Of a stretch of DNA of 64,000 bases, positions 40,461 to 49,339 are shown piece after piece. Under the pieces are notes generated by a model. That model was given only the letters and a program-made list of their open reading frames with translations, searched no databases and was not told where the DNA came from. The DNA lies in assembly GCA_047946875.1 (NCBI GenBank), contig CP181398.1, forward strand, positions 15,154 through 79,153, written 5' to 3'. Position 1 is the stretch's first letter; each line of letters begins with the position of its first letter. Origin of the DNA: Candidatus Kerfeldbacteria bacterium. GTDB taxonomy: Bacteria > Patescibacteriota > Patescibacteriia > UBA10025 > JAHIVO01. Made by a program: the position numbers and the translations under genes.

Positions 40461-42536
40461 ATGGCCATAAATCTGCTCCCATTGGAGCAAAAATCAAAAT
40501 TAAAAAAACAAAAATCAGTTTCGGAAACACGTAATATTGAAATGACGGGTCCGAAAAAGATGGAAAAATCAAAATCATCAATTCAAAGTGGTGGTGTTTT
40601 AGGTTTTTTTATACAAGCTTTTAGAGCACCTAAGGTTGTAGAAAAAGAAGTAGAGAAAAAACAAGCATCTCAAAATATTGAAGAGACAAAAATATTATTT
40701 AAAGAAAAAATACAATATAAGACTTCAAGGCCTGTACCGAAAGTTAAATATCATATTCCTACGCGTAAATCTGAATCTTTAAATAAACAATTATCTTATC
40801 AAGATGGAAATAAAATAACTAGTATTTTTGATAGACCAAAAAAAACAAATTACAATCAGTCTAAACAATCTGAAGTTGATACTTCTAACAAACCAAAAGA
40901 TCAGTTTCCTAAATATCATTCTGTTAGTACTGAGGAGCTTGTAGGAAAAAAGAAGATCAAACCAAGTAAGGTGAAAATAATAGAAGTGGTTTCTGAAAAT
41001 GGGGATAATAAAAAAAATAAGATATCAATTTGGAAAAAAATTAAAACTTGGTTTGGTAATATTTTTAGTAAAAAGGTGAAACAGGAGAAACCAGCACCTG
41101 ATCCAGAAAAGATATCAGAATTATCTGGTTTCCCAAAACCAAAAAAAGTAGAGTTGGAAGTATCATATGAAAAAGAAATTTTAAGACAGTTTAATAAAGG
41201 AAAAGAAGAAGTAAAAAATATTTATATAGAACCTCAGAAAGAAATTATCAAAAAAGTAGAACCTAAAAAAGATGATTTTGACTTAGAAATTAAAAAAGAA
41301 GAACCGATTTTAGTAGAAGAAGTTGTTGAAGAGATTTTACCGGAAACAGAAATTAAGAAAACAATTACATATGTTGATCCTCCAAAAGTTGCTCAGGCCA
41401 AACCTATAGAAAAAAAGAAAATTAAAATTGAACCAGAAATTGTACTTGATATTCCAAAAAAAGAAAAACATAAGAAAAATTATTTTAGGTGGTTTACAGA
41501 TTTTTGGAAATCATTTATTTCTATGTTTCAATCTTTAAAAAATAAAAACAAAAAAATTATTTCTGAACCAATAACTATTGTTGAAGAAAATACAAAAGTT
41601 GAATATGAAAGTAACAAACCTTCTTTTAAAGAAATAGATTTTAATAAGCCTTCTTTAGATGAACCGGAACCAAAATTAGATAATATTCCAGCACCTCCTT
41701 TACCACCGAAAGAAGAAAATATTTTCAGTCATGATGATATGTTAGATAATATAAAATCCGAAATTAATGCTGCTAAAGAAAGTAATGATTTACCAGTACC
41801 TCCGCCGCCATTGCCTTTCGATATTGATCAAGATGATGCTCAGGACAACGAAAAAGAAATTGTTGAATCTTCATTGTTAACTTCAGCTGATGCTGTTGAA
41901 GGATTATCCGGAATGGATTGGGAAGTTAATTTGATACCAGAAGAGGAACAGGAAAAAAATATCCCCGTTTCTAAAATTTTATATTTAGTTATGGTTGTAA
42001 TAGTTTCTGGTGCAATAGTCTTTGGAGGATGGTTATGGGTATATTATTATTTTAATACGATTTCGACCACAATTAGTGAGATTGATGCAGAAATATCACT
42101 TAAAGAAGCTGATATAGCCAAATACAGTCAAGTACAGCAAGATGCTCGCATAGTACAAGATAAAATAAAGAATGTTCAGGAATTGTTAGATAATCATATA
42201 TATTGGTCAGAATTTTTTAATAAATTAGAATATTATACTACCACTGAAGTTTACTATAATTCTATGAGTGTAGATGTAAATGGAACAGTTACATTAAGTG
42301 CGGTAGGCAGTAGTTATGAAAAAGCAGTTAAACAGTTAATGGTATTTGAGAGAGCAAGTGATTTTGTATCTATAGCAACAATTAGTGATATAGTATTCCA
42401 AGATGTCATTGTAGAGTTAGAAGAAGGTCAAGAAGCTGAGATCCAGTCTGTAGAGTCTGATGAGGAAAATGTGATATTCAATATCAATTTAGAGATTCAA
42501 CCCGAAATATTTTATTATTCCAAAATAAGTTTATGA
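40461..42536 (+). CDS. pilN: PilN-like T4P assembly protein with a roughly 500-aa Lys/Glu-rich, polyproline-containing N-terminal extension
   Basis: C-terminal single TM plus PilN-like coiled-coil/periplasmic region (ILYLVMVVIVSGAIVFGGWLW...). N-terminal low-complexity region with PPLPP and PVPPPPLPF motifs. Confidence 0.55.
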   Translation: MAINLLPLEQKSKLKKQKSVSETRNIEMTGPKKMEKSKSSIQSGGVLGFFIQAFRAPKVVEKEVEKKQASQNIEETKILFKEKIQYKTSRPVPKVKYHIPTRKSESLNKQLSYQDGNKITSIFDRPKKTNYNQSKQSEVDTSNKPKDQFPKYHSVSTEELVGKKKIKPSKVKIIEVVSENGDNKKNKISIWKKIKTWFGNIFSKKVKQEKPAPDPEKISELSGFPKPKKVELEVSYEKEILRQFNKGKEEVKNIYIEPQKEIIKKVEPKKDDFDLEIKKEEPILVEEVVEEILPETEIKKTITYVDPPKVAQAKPIEKKKIKIEPEIVLDIPKKEKHKKNYFRWFTDFWKSFISMFQSLKNKNKKIISEPITIVEENTKVEYESNKPSFKEIDFNKPSLDEPEPKLDNIPAPPLPPKEENIFSHDDMLDNIKSEINAAKESNDLPVPPPPLPFDIDQDDAQDNEKEIVESSLLTSADAVEGLSGMDWEVNLIPEEEQEKNIPVSKILYLVMVVIVSGAIVFGGWLWVYYYFNTISTTISEIDAEISLKEADIAKYSQVQQDARIVQDKIKNVQELLDNHIYWSEFFNKLEYYTTTEVYYNSMSVDVNGTVTLSAVGSSYEKAVKQLMVFERASDFVSIATISDIVFQDVIVELEEGQEAEIQSVESDEENVIFNINLEIQPEIFYYSKISL

Positions 42537-43123
42537 ATTGGTTATCTATAAAAAGAATTACATCAACAATCTTTGTTAAATATTTTATAATAATATTGAT
42601 AGTTTTATCTTTAATAATTTTAGGTGGAGGTTATTATTTATTTATTCAAGATAAGATGACGGAGATACAAAAAGTTGGATTAGTAGATTTGCAAAGTCGT
42701 TTAAATAAAAAAGATGCAACAGATAGAACCTTGGTTATGTTAGAGATGTTAAATGACGATTATAATAAATTAAATGAAGATCAATTACAAAAACTGGGAA
42801 GTATATTACCAAAAAAATCTGAAATTCCTTTTTTAGTGATTGAAATCCAAAATTTTATAAAAGATAATGAATTAATTTTAGGTAGTATTGATGTAGGACC
42901 TTTAAGCACTTTAGAAGAGGTCTCTACTATTAATGGATTATCTCAAAATACATTTGAAGAGTTAAACATTACCTTAAGCATTAGTGGTATTGATAGTTAT
43001 TCTAAACTAAAAGATTTTTTAGATAGTTTAAGTGAGCAATTGCCAATTATTGAGTTAACATCATTAAATTATGTTCCAGGTAATGAAACTTACTCTTTAA
43101 ATTTAACTACTTATTATCAATAA
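42533..43123 (+). CDS. pilO: PilO-like T4P assembly protein
   Basis: N-terminal TM, coiled coil and a PilO-like C-terminal domain. Start overlaps the pilN stop by 4 nt. Confidence 0.55.
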   Translation: MNWLSIKRITSTIFVKYFIIILIVLSLIILGGGYYLFIQDKMTEIQKVGLVDLQSRLNKKDATDRTLVMLEMLNDDYNKLNEDQLQKLGSILPKKSEIPFLVIEIQNFIKDNELILGSIDVGPLSTLEEVSTINGLSQNTFEELNITLSISGIDSYSKLKDFLDSLSEQLPIIELTSLNYVPGNETYSLNLTTYYQ

Positions 43124-43134
43124 TTAATACAAGA

Positions 43135-44088
43135 ATGTTGGTACAAAAAACCAGTTTAAATAAAAGAACAAAAGGATTACTGATGATTTTGGTAGGTATT
43201 ATTATTATTGGAGGAGGGTATTTTGGATTTATGGCAATATCAGATAAAACATCTCAACCAGAAAATAATTTAATTACTAATAATGGTACTATTAATTTAT
43301 CGAATGTGCAATCAGGAGTGGATGGTGAGATATTTGATGATCCTCAATTTTTAAGCTTAAGTAAAAATAAGTTTGATGGTTTTACGGACCAATATTCTGG
43401 TATTACATTGAGTGATTCTAAACCAATCGAAATAACTTCATCACAAGTAAACAATCCAAAAACAGGAAATAGATTAATAATTTCTTGGCAGTTACCCGAA
43501 TACGTAAATTTTGATACAGTTTCGATTTATAGATCTTTAAGTCCAGGGTTTGTTGGTGAGCAAATATATTCAGCCACAATCGAATCAATAAAATCAAATA
43601 AAATAACAAGTTACCAAGATAGGGATGTAGAGAATACTCATAAGTATTATTATATTGTACAGTCAGAAATTTATGACGGATCTACTCTAAGTGCAAGTAA
43701 TAGCGGATCCCAATTTAATGGAATGCCTACGGATGAAATCCCTCCAGCATCACCTGAATTTGTGCAAGTACAAGGATTATCTGATGGAGATATTGAAATA
43801 TCATGGTTTAATCCCGAGGATAGCGACTTGGACATGATTAAAGTCTATCGTTCAACGGAAAAAGGTAATTTAGGGATAAATATATACGGTAAAGAGAGTG
43901 GTAATATTGGGCTTGAAAAGGTAGGAGGTTTAATGAATTATATTCTTGATACTTCAGCAGAAAATAATATCGTTTATTATTATATCGTCACTAGTGTAGA
44001 TATAAGTGGGAATGAATCATCAACAGACATTGTTTCGTCTTCATATAAATCATACTTTTACAATCCTTTTGACCCAATTGATTTTTAA
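43135..44088 (+). CDS. Membrane-anchored protein with two fibronectin-III-like domains, inside the pil operon
   Basis: N-terminal TM. Two modules each ending in YYYIV (ISWQLP...YYYIVQS and ISWFNP...YYYIVTSVDISGNES). Confidence 0.5.
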   Translation: MLVQKTSLNKRTKGLLMILVGIIIIGGGYFGFMAISDKTSQPENNLITNNGTINLSNVQSGVDGEIFDDPQFLSLSKNKFDGFTDQYSGITLSDSKPIEITSSQVNNPKTGNRLIISWQLPEYVNFDTVSIYRSLSPGFVGEQIYSATIESIKSNKITSYQDRDVENTHKYYYIVQSEIYDGSTLSASNSGSQFNGMPTDEIPPASPEFVQVQGLSDGDIEISWFNPEDSDLDMIKVYRSTEKGNLGINIYGKESGNIGLEKVGGLMNYILDTSAENNIVYYYIVTSVDISGNESSTDIVSSSYKSYFYNPFDPIDF

Positions 44089-44100
44089 ATATTTAAATAT

Positions 44101-45873
44101 ATGTCAGAACAATTAACACAAAATACAAGTAAAATCCTAGATTCTTTGATATCAGATGGGTTGATTGATGCTGGAAAAATTACTGAACTTAGGGTAAAAG
44201 AAAAAGATGAAAAGAAATTGTTAGAATTTTTAGTCAGTAATGGTAATATTTCGGAAGAAGATTTGGTAAAAGCAAAAGGAAAGGTTTTAAATGTAAATTA
44301 TGTTGAATTATTTGGTAAGACAATATCTCCATCCATTTTAAATTTAATACCTAGAGAATTGGCCGATAACTATCATGTTGTAGCTTTCCAAAAAAATATA
44401 AATGAAAATGCAAAAGAAGCAGAATTATATGTTGCTATGGTTAATCCTGGTGATTTTAAAGCTTCCGAAGCTATTGAATTTATTGCTAGAGAAAATAATT
44501 TAAAGTTAAAGTATTTTATTATTTCTCCTAGTGGTTTTCGATATGCTGTTAAGCAGTACTCTTCTTTAGATTCAGAGGTTGAGGAAGCATTGGCAAATAA
44601 AGTTGGAGAAGATAAAGAACAAGGAATTGATGATTTAATGAACAATGAAAAGGGGATGGATAAGGTTGTGAAAAGTGCTCCGGTTGCTAAAATGGTTAAT
44701 GTTATATTAAAACATGCCGTAGAAGGAGGCGCTTCTGATATACATATAGAGCCGGTTGAGAATGAAACAAGAGTGCGTTATCGTGTTGATGGTGTCTTAC
44801 ATACTTCTCTTGTGTTGCCTCGTTATGTTCATTCTGCAATTATCGCTAGGATTAAAGTACTAGCTAATTTGAAGTTGGATGAAACAAGAGTCCCACAAGA
44901 TGGTCGTTTTCGAACAGAGTGGGATGGTAGAATAATTGATTATCGTGTTTCAACCTTGCCATTGTTTAGCAACGAAAAAGTAGTAATGCGTATTTTGGAT
45001 AGAGCTTCTGTTGTATTGGATGTAGAAAAATTAGGTTTTGAAGGAAAAAGTTTAGAAATAATGAAAGAAGCTGTGAAAAAAACAGTAGGTATGATTCTGT
45101 TAACTGGTCCTACTGGTTCTGGTAAATCAACAACTTTATCAGCTTTGATGTCTATCATTAATAATGAAAATATTAATATTGTTACTTTAGAAGATCCTGT
45201 TGAGTATTATATTGACGGAATTAATCAATCACAAATTAATGCTGATGTTGGATTAACTTTTGCAGCTGGTTTAAGATCAGTTTTACGACAAGATCCTGAT
45301 GTTATTATGGTTGGTGAGATTCGTGACAATGAGACTGCTGAGTTAGCTGTACACGCTGCTTTAACTGGTCATTTGGTGTTATCTACTTTACATACCAATG
45401 ATGCGTTTGGAGCAGTGCCACGTTTTATTGATATGGGGATTGAACCATTCTTGATTACGTCATCTCTAAATACTGTCGTGGCTCAGCGTTTAGTTAGACG
45501 TTTATGTTCACATTGTATATATGAGGTAACTCTTCCAGAAACTTTGCAAGCTGAAGTAGATAAGCATTTATTACAGATACCGGATGAAAATATAATATTA
45601 CGATTAGGAAAAAAACCAGATAAATTTCAATTTTTTGAAGCAAAGGGATGCACACGTTGTGAAAATTCTGGGTATAAAGGTAGAATCTTGATAAATGAAA
45701 TTTTAGAAATTGACGACGAATTAAAAAAAGTTATTGTTAGTAATCCAACTGTTGATGCTTTAAAAGAAACCGCGCAACGTCAGAATATGATTTCTGTAAT
45801 TCAGGATGGTATTTTGAAAGCACTTGAGAAAAAAACATCAATATCTGAAATTATACGTGTTACTAAAGAATAA
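44101..45873 (+). CDS. pilB: Type IV pilus assembly ATPase PilB (GspE family)
   Basis: Walker A LLTGPTGSGKSTTL, Asp box, His box, and tetracysteine motif CSHC...CTRC; 590 aa. Confidence 0.9.
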   Translation: MSEQLTQNTSKILDSLISDGLIDAGKITELRVKEKDEKKLLEFLVSNGNISEEDLVKAKGKVLNVNYVELFGKTISPSILNLIPRELADNYHVVAFQKNINENAKEAELYVAMVNPGDFKASEAIEFIARENNLKLKYFIISPSGFRYAVKQYSSLDSEVEEALANKVGEDKEQGIDDLMNNEKGMDKVVKSAPVAKMVNVILKHAVEGGASDIHIEPVENETRVRYRVDGVLHTSLVLPRYVHSAIIARIKVLANLKLDETRVPQDGRFRTEWDGRIIDYRVSTLPLFSNEKVVMRILDRASVVLDVEKLGFEGKSLEIMKEAVKKTVGMILLTGPTGSGKSTTLSALMSIINNENINIVTLEDPVEYYIDGINQSQINADVGLTFAAGLRSVLRQDPDVIMVGEIRDNETAELAVHAALTGHLVLSTLHTNDAFGAVPRFIDMGIEPFLITSSLNTVVAQRLVRRLCSHCIYEVTLPETLQAEVDKHLLQIPDENIILRLGKKPDKFQFFEAKGCTRCENSGYKGRILINEILEIDDELKKVIVSNPTVDALKETAQRQNMISVIQDGILKALEKKTSISEIIRVTKE

Positions 45874-45896
45874 TTATTAAATAATTATATAAATAT

Positions 45897-46286
45897 ATGG
45901 AAAGTCAGAATAATAAGAAAATTAAAATCGTATTAATTGAAGATGATACTTTCTTGGGAGGTATGTATGTTGCAAAACTTAATTTAGAAGGCTTTGATGT
46001 AAAATTAGCAGATGATGGTGAAAAAGGGCTAAAGTTAGTTAAATCTGAACAACCAGATCTAGTATTGCTTGATATTATTTTACCAAAAATGAGTGGATTC
46101 GATGTTTTGAAAGATATAAAAGCAAATAAAGATACCAAAGATTTGCCTGTAATTTTACTTACAAACTTAGGTCAGCGTGAAGATGTTCAAAAAGGTATAA
46201 AATTAGGGGCGAAAGATTATTTAATAAAAGCTCATTTTATGCCATCTGAAGTAGTTACAAAAATTAAAGCATTACTACAAAAATAA
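45897..46286 (+). CDS. Single-domain CheY-like response regulator (PilH/PilG-like), between pilB and pilC
   Basis: Receiver motifs: acidic IEDD pocket, phospho-acceptor D in LLDIILP, T in LLTNL, K in LIKA. Confidence 0.8.
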   Translation: MESQNNKKIKIVLIEDDTFLGGMYVAKLNLEGFDVKLADDGEKGLKLVKSEQPDLVLLDIILPKMSGFDVLKDIKANKDTKDLPVILLTNLGQREDVQKGIKLGAKDYLIKAHFMPSEVVTKIKALLQK

Positions 46287-46301
46287 TAATAATTATTAAC
46301 T

Positions 46302-47504
46302 ATGGCTAATTTTGCTTACAAAGCTAGGAATAAAGAGGGTGAAATACTGAACGGTGTTGTTATTGCTCCAAATGAAAATATCGCTTATGGGACATTAAGA
46401 GATAAGAATTTGACGATCGTAACTTTGCGAGAACAAAAGAAATTTAAAATGGGGAGTATTAGTATAGGCTCTGTGGTTAAAGCAAAAGATTTAGTAATTT
46501 TTGCCAGGCAATTATCTGTCATGATCTCATCAAGTGTACCGATCGTAAGAGCTTTACGAGTATTGATTAAACAAACTGAAAACGTACAATTCAAAACAAT
46601 AATATCTGATATTGCAGATGAGGTTGATGGTGGTGCTAAACTATCTCAGTCAATGGCAAAATATCCAAAAGTGTTTGGAAACTTTTTTGTGCAAATGATT
46701 CGTTCAGCTGAAACAACAGGTAGGCTGGATGAAATTCTTGAGTACCTTGCCGATCAAACAGAAAAAGATTTTGATATTATGGCAAAGGCAAAGGGAGCAA
46801 TGATTTACCCGGCATTTATTATGGGAACGTTTTTATTAGTTGGTGTTGGGATGATGATGTTTGTTTTACCACAGATCACAAGTATTTTTGCTGAATCTGA
46901 GGCTGAGCTTCCATTACCTACGGTACTGTTTATGGGTCTAAGTGATTTTTTATTAGCATATTGGTGGTTAATATTAGCATTTATAGTAATACTTGCAGTA
47001 GCTTTTAAATTTGCAATAAGCACAAAGGTAGGGCGTGAAAAATTTGATATTTTTAAAATTAGGATGCCGATTTTCGGATCAATTTTTAATAATTTATATA
47101 TAACTAGGTTTTCAAGATCGTTATCTACCCTGATAGCCTCTGGTGTTCCTTTAACTACCTCACTAGATATTGTAGCTGACTTGGTTAGTAATACTTTGTA
47201 TAGGGATTTAACAAAAAAAACTATAAAGAAGGTTGAGGCCGGCGCTTCTATAACAAGTGTTTTTATTGCTAGTAAAGATGTTCCATTAATGTTGTCTCAG
47301 ATGATGAGTGTCGGAGAGCAGTCTGGTCAGCTGGATAAAATTTTACTAAAAGTAGCAGAATTTTATACAAGAGAGTTAGAAAATTCACTGAATAATTTAA
47401 CTGCATTAATAGAGCCTATTATTATGGTGGTTTTGGGTGTTGGGGTTGGTTTGTTAGTATCTGCAATTATCCTTCCTATGTATAATTTATCTGATGCAAT
47501 TTAA
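46302..47504 (+). CDS. pilC: Type IV pilus inner-membrane platform protein PilC (GspF family)
   Basis: Two T2SS-F repeats; 400 aa with 3-4 TM segments. Confidence 0.85.
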   Translation: MANFAYKARNKEGEILNGVVIAPNENIAYGTLRDKNLTIVTLREQKKFKMGSISIGSVVKAKDLVIFARQLSVMISSSVPIVRALRVLIKQTENVQFKTIISDIADEVDGGAKLSQSMAKYPKVFGNFFVQMIRSAETTGRLDEILEYLADQTEKDFDIMAKAKGAMIYPAFIMGTFLLVGVGMMMFVLPQITSIFAESEAELPLPTVLFMGLSDFLLAYWWLILAFIVILAVAFKFAISTKVGREKFDIFKIRMPIFGSIFNNLYITRFSRSLSTLIASGVPLTTSLDIVADLVSNTLYRDLTKKTIKKVEAGASITSVFIASKDVPLMLSQMMSVGEQSGQLDKILLKVAEFYTRELENSLNNLTALIEPIIMVVLGVGVGLLVSAIILPMYNLSDAI

Positions 47505-47523
47505 TTAATTGATGGATTGTGTT

Positions 47524-47552
47524 TTGACTTTTGTTGAAAAATGTGATATACT
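47524..47552 (+). promoter_or_regulatory. Strong sigma70-type promoter with an extended -10 (TTGACT, 17-bp spacer with TGn, TATACT) for the major pilin. It gives a leader of about 200 nt
   Basis: Read directly from the sequence. The leader contains a 7-bp inverted repeat acggatc...gatccgt at 47652-47690. Confidence 0.5.
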
Positions 47553-47762
47553 ATATTTAACATATTATAAAATATTTGTTCTTTACGTTTATTTAACTAT
47601 CATTAAGAAAGGTTAAATAAGTAATAATCTAATAAGTAATAATTGAGTACGTTACGGATCATTTCGAACTAAAAATCGGATCCGTGATCTGTGAATATTG
47701 AATTGTTGCAGATTATGATTGTTTATTTCTTTCTTATAAAAATGAAAGGGGGTGTAATAGTA

Positions 47763-48230
47763 ATGAAAAGAAAAGGTTTTACATTAATTGAGTTATTGGT
47801 CGTTATTGCCATTATTGGTATTTTGGCCACAATTGGTTTAGTAGCTTTGAACGGTGCTCGTGAAAAAGCCCGTGATGCTACTAGAAAATCTGATTTATCA
47901 CAGTTAAAGACTGCTTTGGTACTATATGCTGATGATTATGGTAGTATTTATCCAGCTGGACCTAATGATTCATTAACAGCTGATGGTATTTTTCACGGCA
48001 CCGAAGGTAGTAATCCAGTATTTAACGAATATATTAGTAAAGCAATATCAGACGTTACTAATGCTGGTACATTAATATATGTTTATGGAACATGTGCTGA
48101 TTCAAATGGTACTGCTAATGCAGGTTTCTTGCTTTATGCAGGTCTAGAAGCACCAGAAAGTACATTTTTTTGGATTGCCGGTGATGGTACTTCAGGAGAT
48201 GGTGATGCAGCTCCAGGTACTTGTGGTTAA
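47763..48230 (+). CDS. pilA: Major type IV pilin (class III signal peptide)
   Basis: MKRKG/FTLIELLVVIAIIGILA prepilin motif with E+5. RBS aaaggggg upstream. Strong terminator downstream. The ORF track start at 47691 is probably upstream of the true start. Confidence 0.8.
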   Translation: MKRKGFTLIELLVVIAIIGILATIGLVALNGAREKARDATRKSDLSQLKTALVLYADDYGSIYPAGPNDSLTADGIFHGTEGSNPVFNEYISKAISDVTNAGTLIYVYGTCADSNGTANAGFLLYAGLEAPESTFFWIAGDGTSGDGDAAPGTCG

Positions 48231-48263
48231 TTTTTAACCAATGTAATTACAGATTTTAATAAC

Positions 48264-48296
48264 AAAAAGCGTTCAATTTATTGAGCGCTTTTTGTA
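48264..48296 (+). terminator. Rho-independent terminator after the major pilin gene
   Basis: Stem gcgttcaa/ttgagcgc, loop ttta, followed by tttttgtattgtttg. Confidence 0.65.
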
Positions 48297-48346
48297 TTGT
48301 TTGATTTTTGGTATAATTGACTTAATAAGTAATTAAAATTATTTCA

Positions 48347-49339
48347 ATGTCACGTATCGACACTTCAATTGTAATAGTTAACTGGAATGGGTTGAAACAT
48401 CTACAAGTTTGTTTTGAATCATTACTAAAGCAAAGTTACACAAATTTTAATATTATTTTTGTAGATAATGGTTCAGTTGATGACTCTGTGGGTTTTATTA
48501 AAGATAATTTTCCTCAAGTAACAATAATTCAACTAAAAAAGAATTTTGGTTTTGCCGAAGGGAATAATATGGGCATTAGGGAAGCACTAAAGAATAATCA
48601 AATTCAATATATAGTAGCATTGAATAATGATACGGAAGTTAAGAGTGATTGGTTGGAAAATTTAATAACAGTTGTTAAGCATGATAAGATGGTAGGTGTG
48701 GTAGCAAGTAAAACATTGTTTTTTGATCAGCGAGATAAGATTGATTCAGCTGGTGACTTTTTTTTGGCTGGGACTATGAAAGTGGTTACTCGTGGTTATC
48801 AGGAAATTGATAAGGGTCAATATAATAATATTCAGGAGTGCTTTAGTGCTAGAGCTGCAGCAGTTCTATATAAGACAGAGATGTTAAAGAGTGTTGAGTT
48901 ACATGGAGATTACTTTGATAGTAATTTTTTTGCATATATTGAGGATACTGATTTATCTATTCGAGCAAGATTAATGGGATGGAAAATATTATACAGTCCT
49001 AAAGCTATTGTCTATCACAAAGTAGCAGCTACTTCTAGCAATATTTCACATGCGTTTCGTAAATATTATTCTGGTAGAAATAGACTATTTACAATGATAA
49101 AAAATTATCCAGTTAAATTGTGGCCGAAAGTTATGAATGGTAGTGAGTCTGTCGATAGAAATTATTCATTATCGTTCATAAAATCACTGTATGTATATAT
49201 AAAAATAATATTATTAGTATTATTTTCTTTCCCAAGTTTATTGGTTAAACGAAAAATTATTCAGAATAAAAAGAAGATTAACACTCAACAGATATATGAT
49301 TGGGTTGATAAATTTTCTTTAAATAACCAAAATGATTAA
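48347..49339 (+). CDS. Family 2 glycosyltransferase
   Basis: GT2 N-terminal motifs VIVNWNG and FVDNGSVDDS, plus a DTD (DxD) motif. Confidence 0.8.
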   Translation: MSRIDTSIVIVNWNGLKHLQVCFESLLKQSYTNFNIIFVDNGSVDDSVGFIKDNFPQVTIIQLKKNFGFAEGNNMGIREALKNNQIQYIVALNNDTEVKSDWLENLITVVKHDKMVGVVASKTLFFDQRDKIDSAGDFFLAGTMKVVTRGYQEIDKGQYNNIQECFSARAAAVLYKTEMLKSVELHGDYFDSNFFAYIEDTDLSIRARLMGWKILYSPKAIVYHKVAATSSNISHAFRKYYSGRNRLFTMIKNYPVKLWPKVMNGSESVDRNYSLSFIKSLYVYIKIILLVLFSFPSLLVKRKIIQNKKKINTQQIYDWVDKFSLNNQND

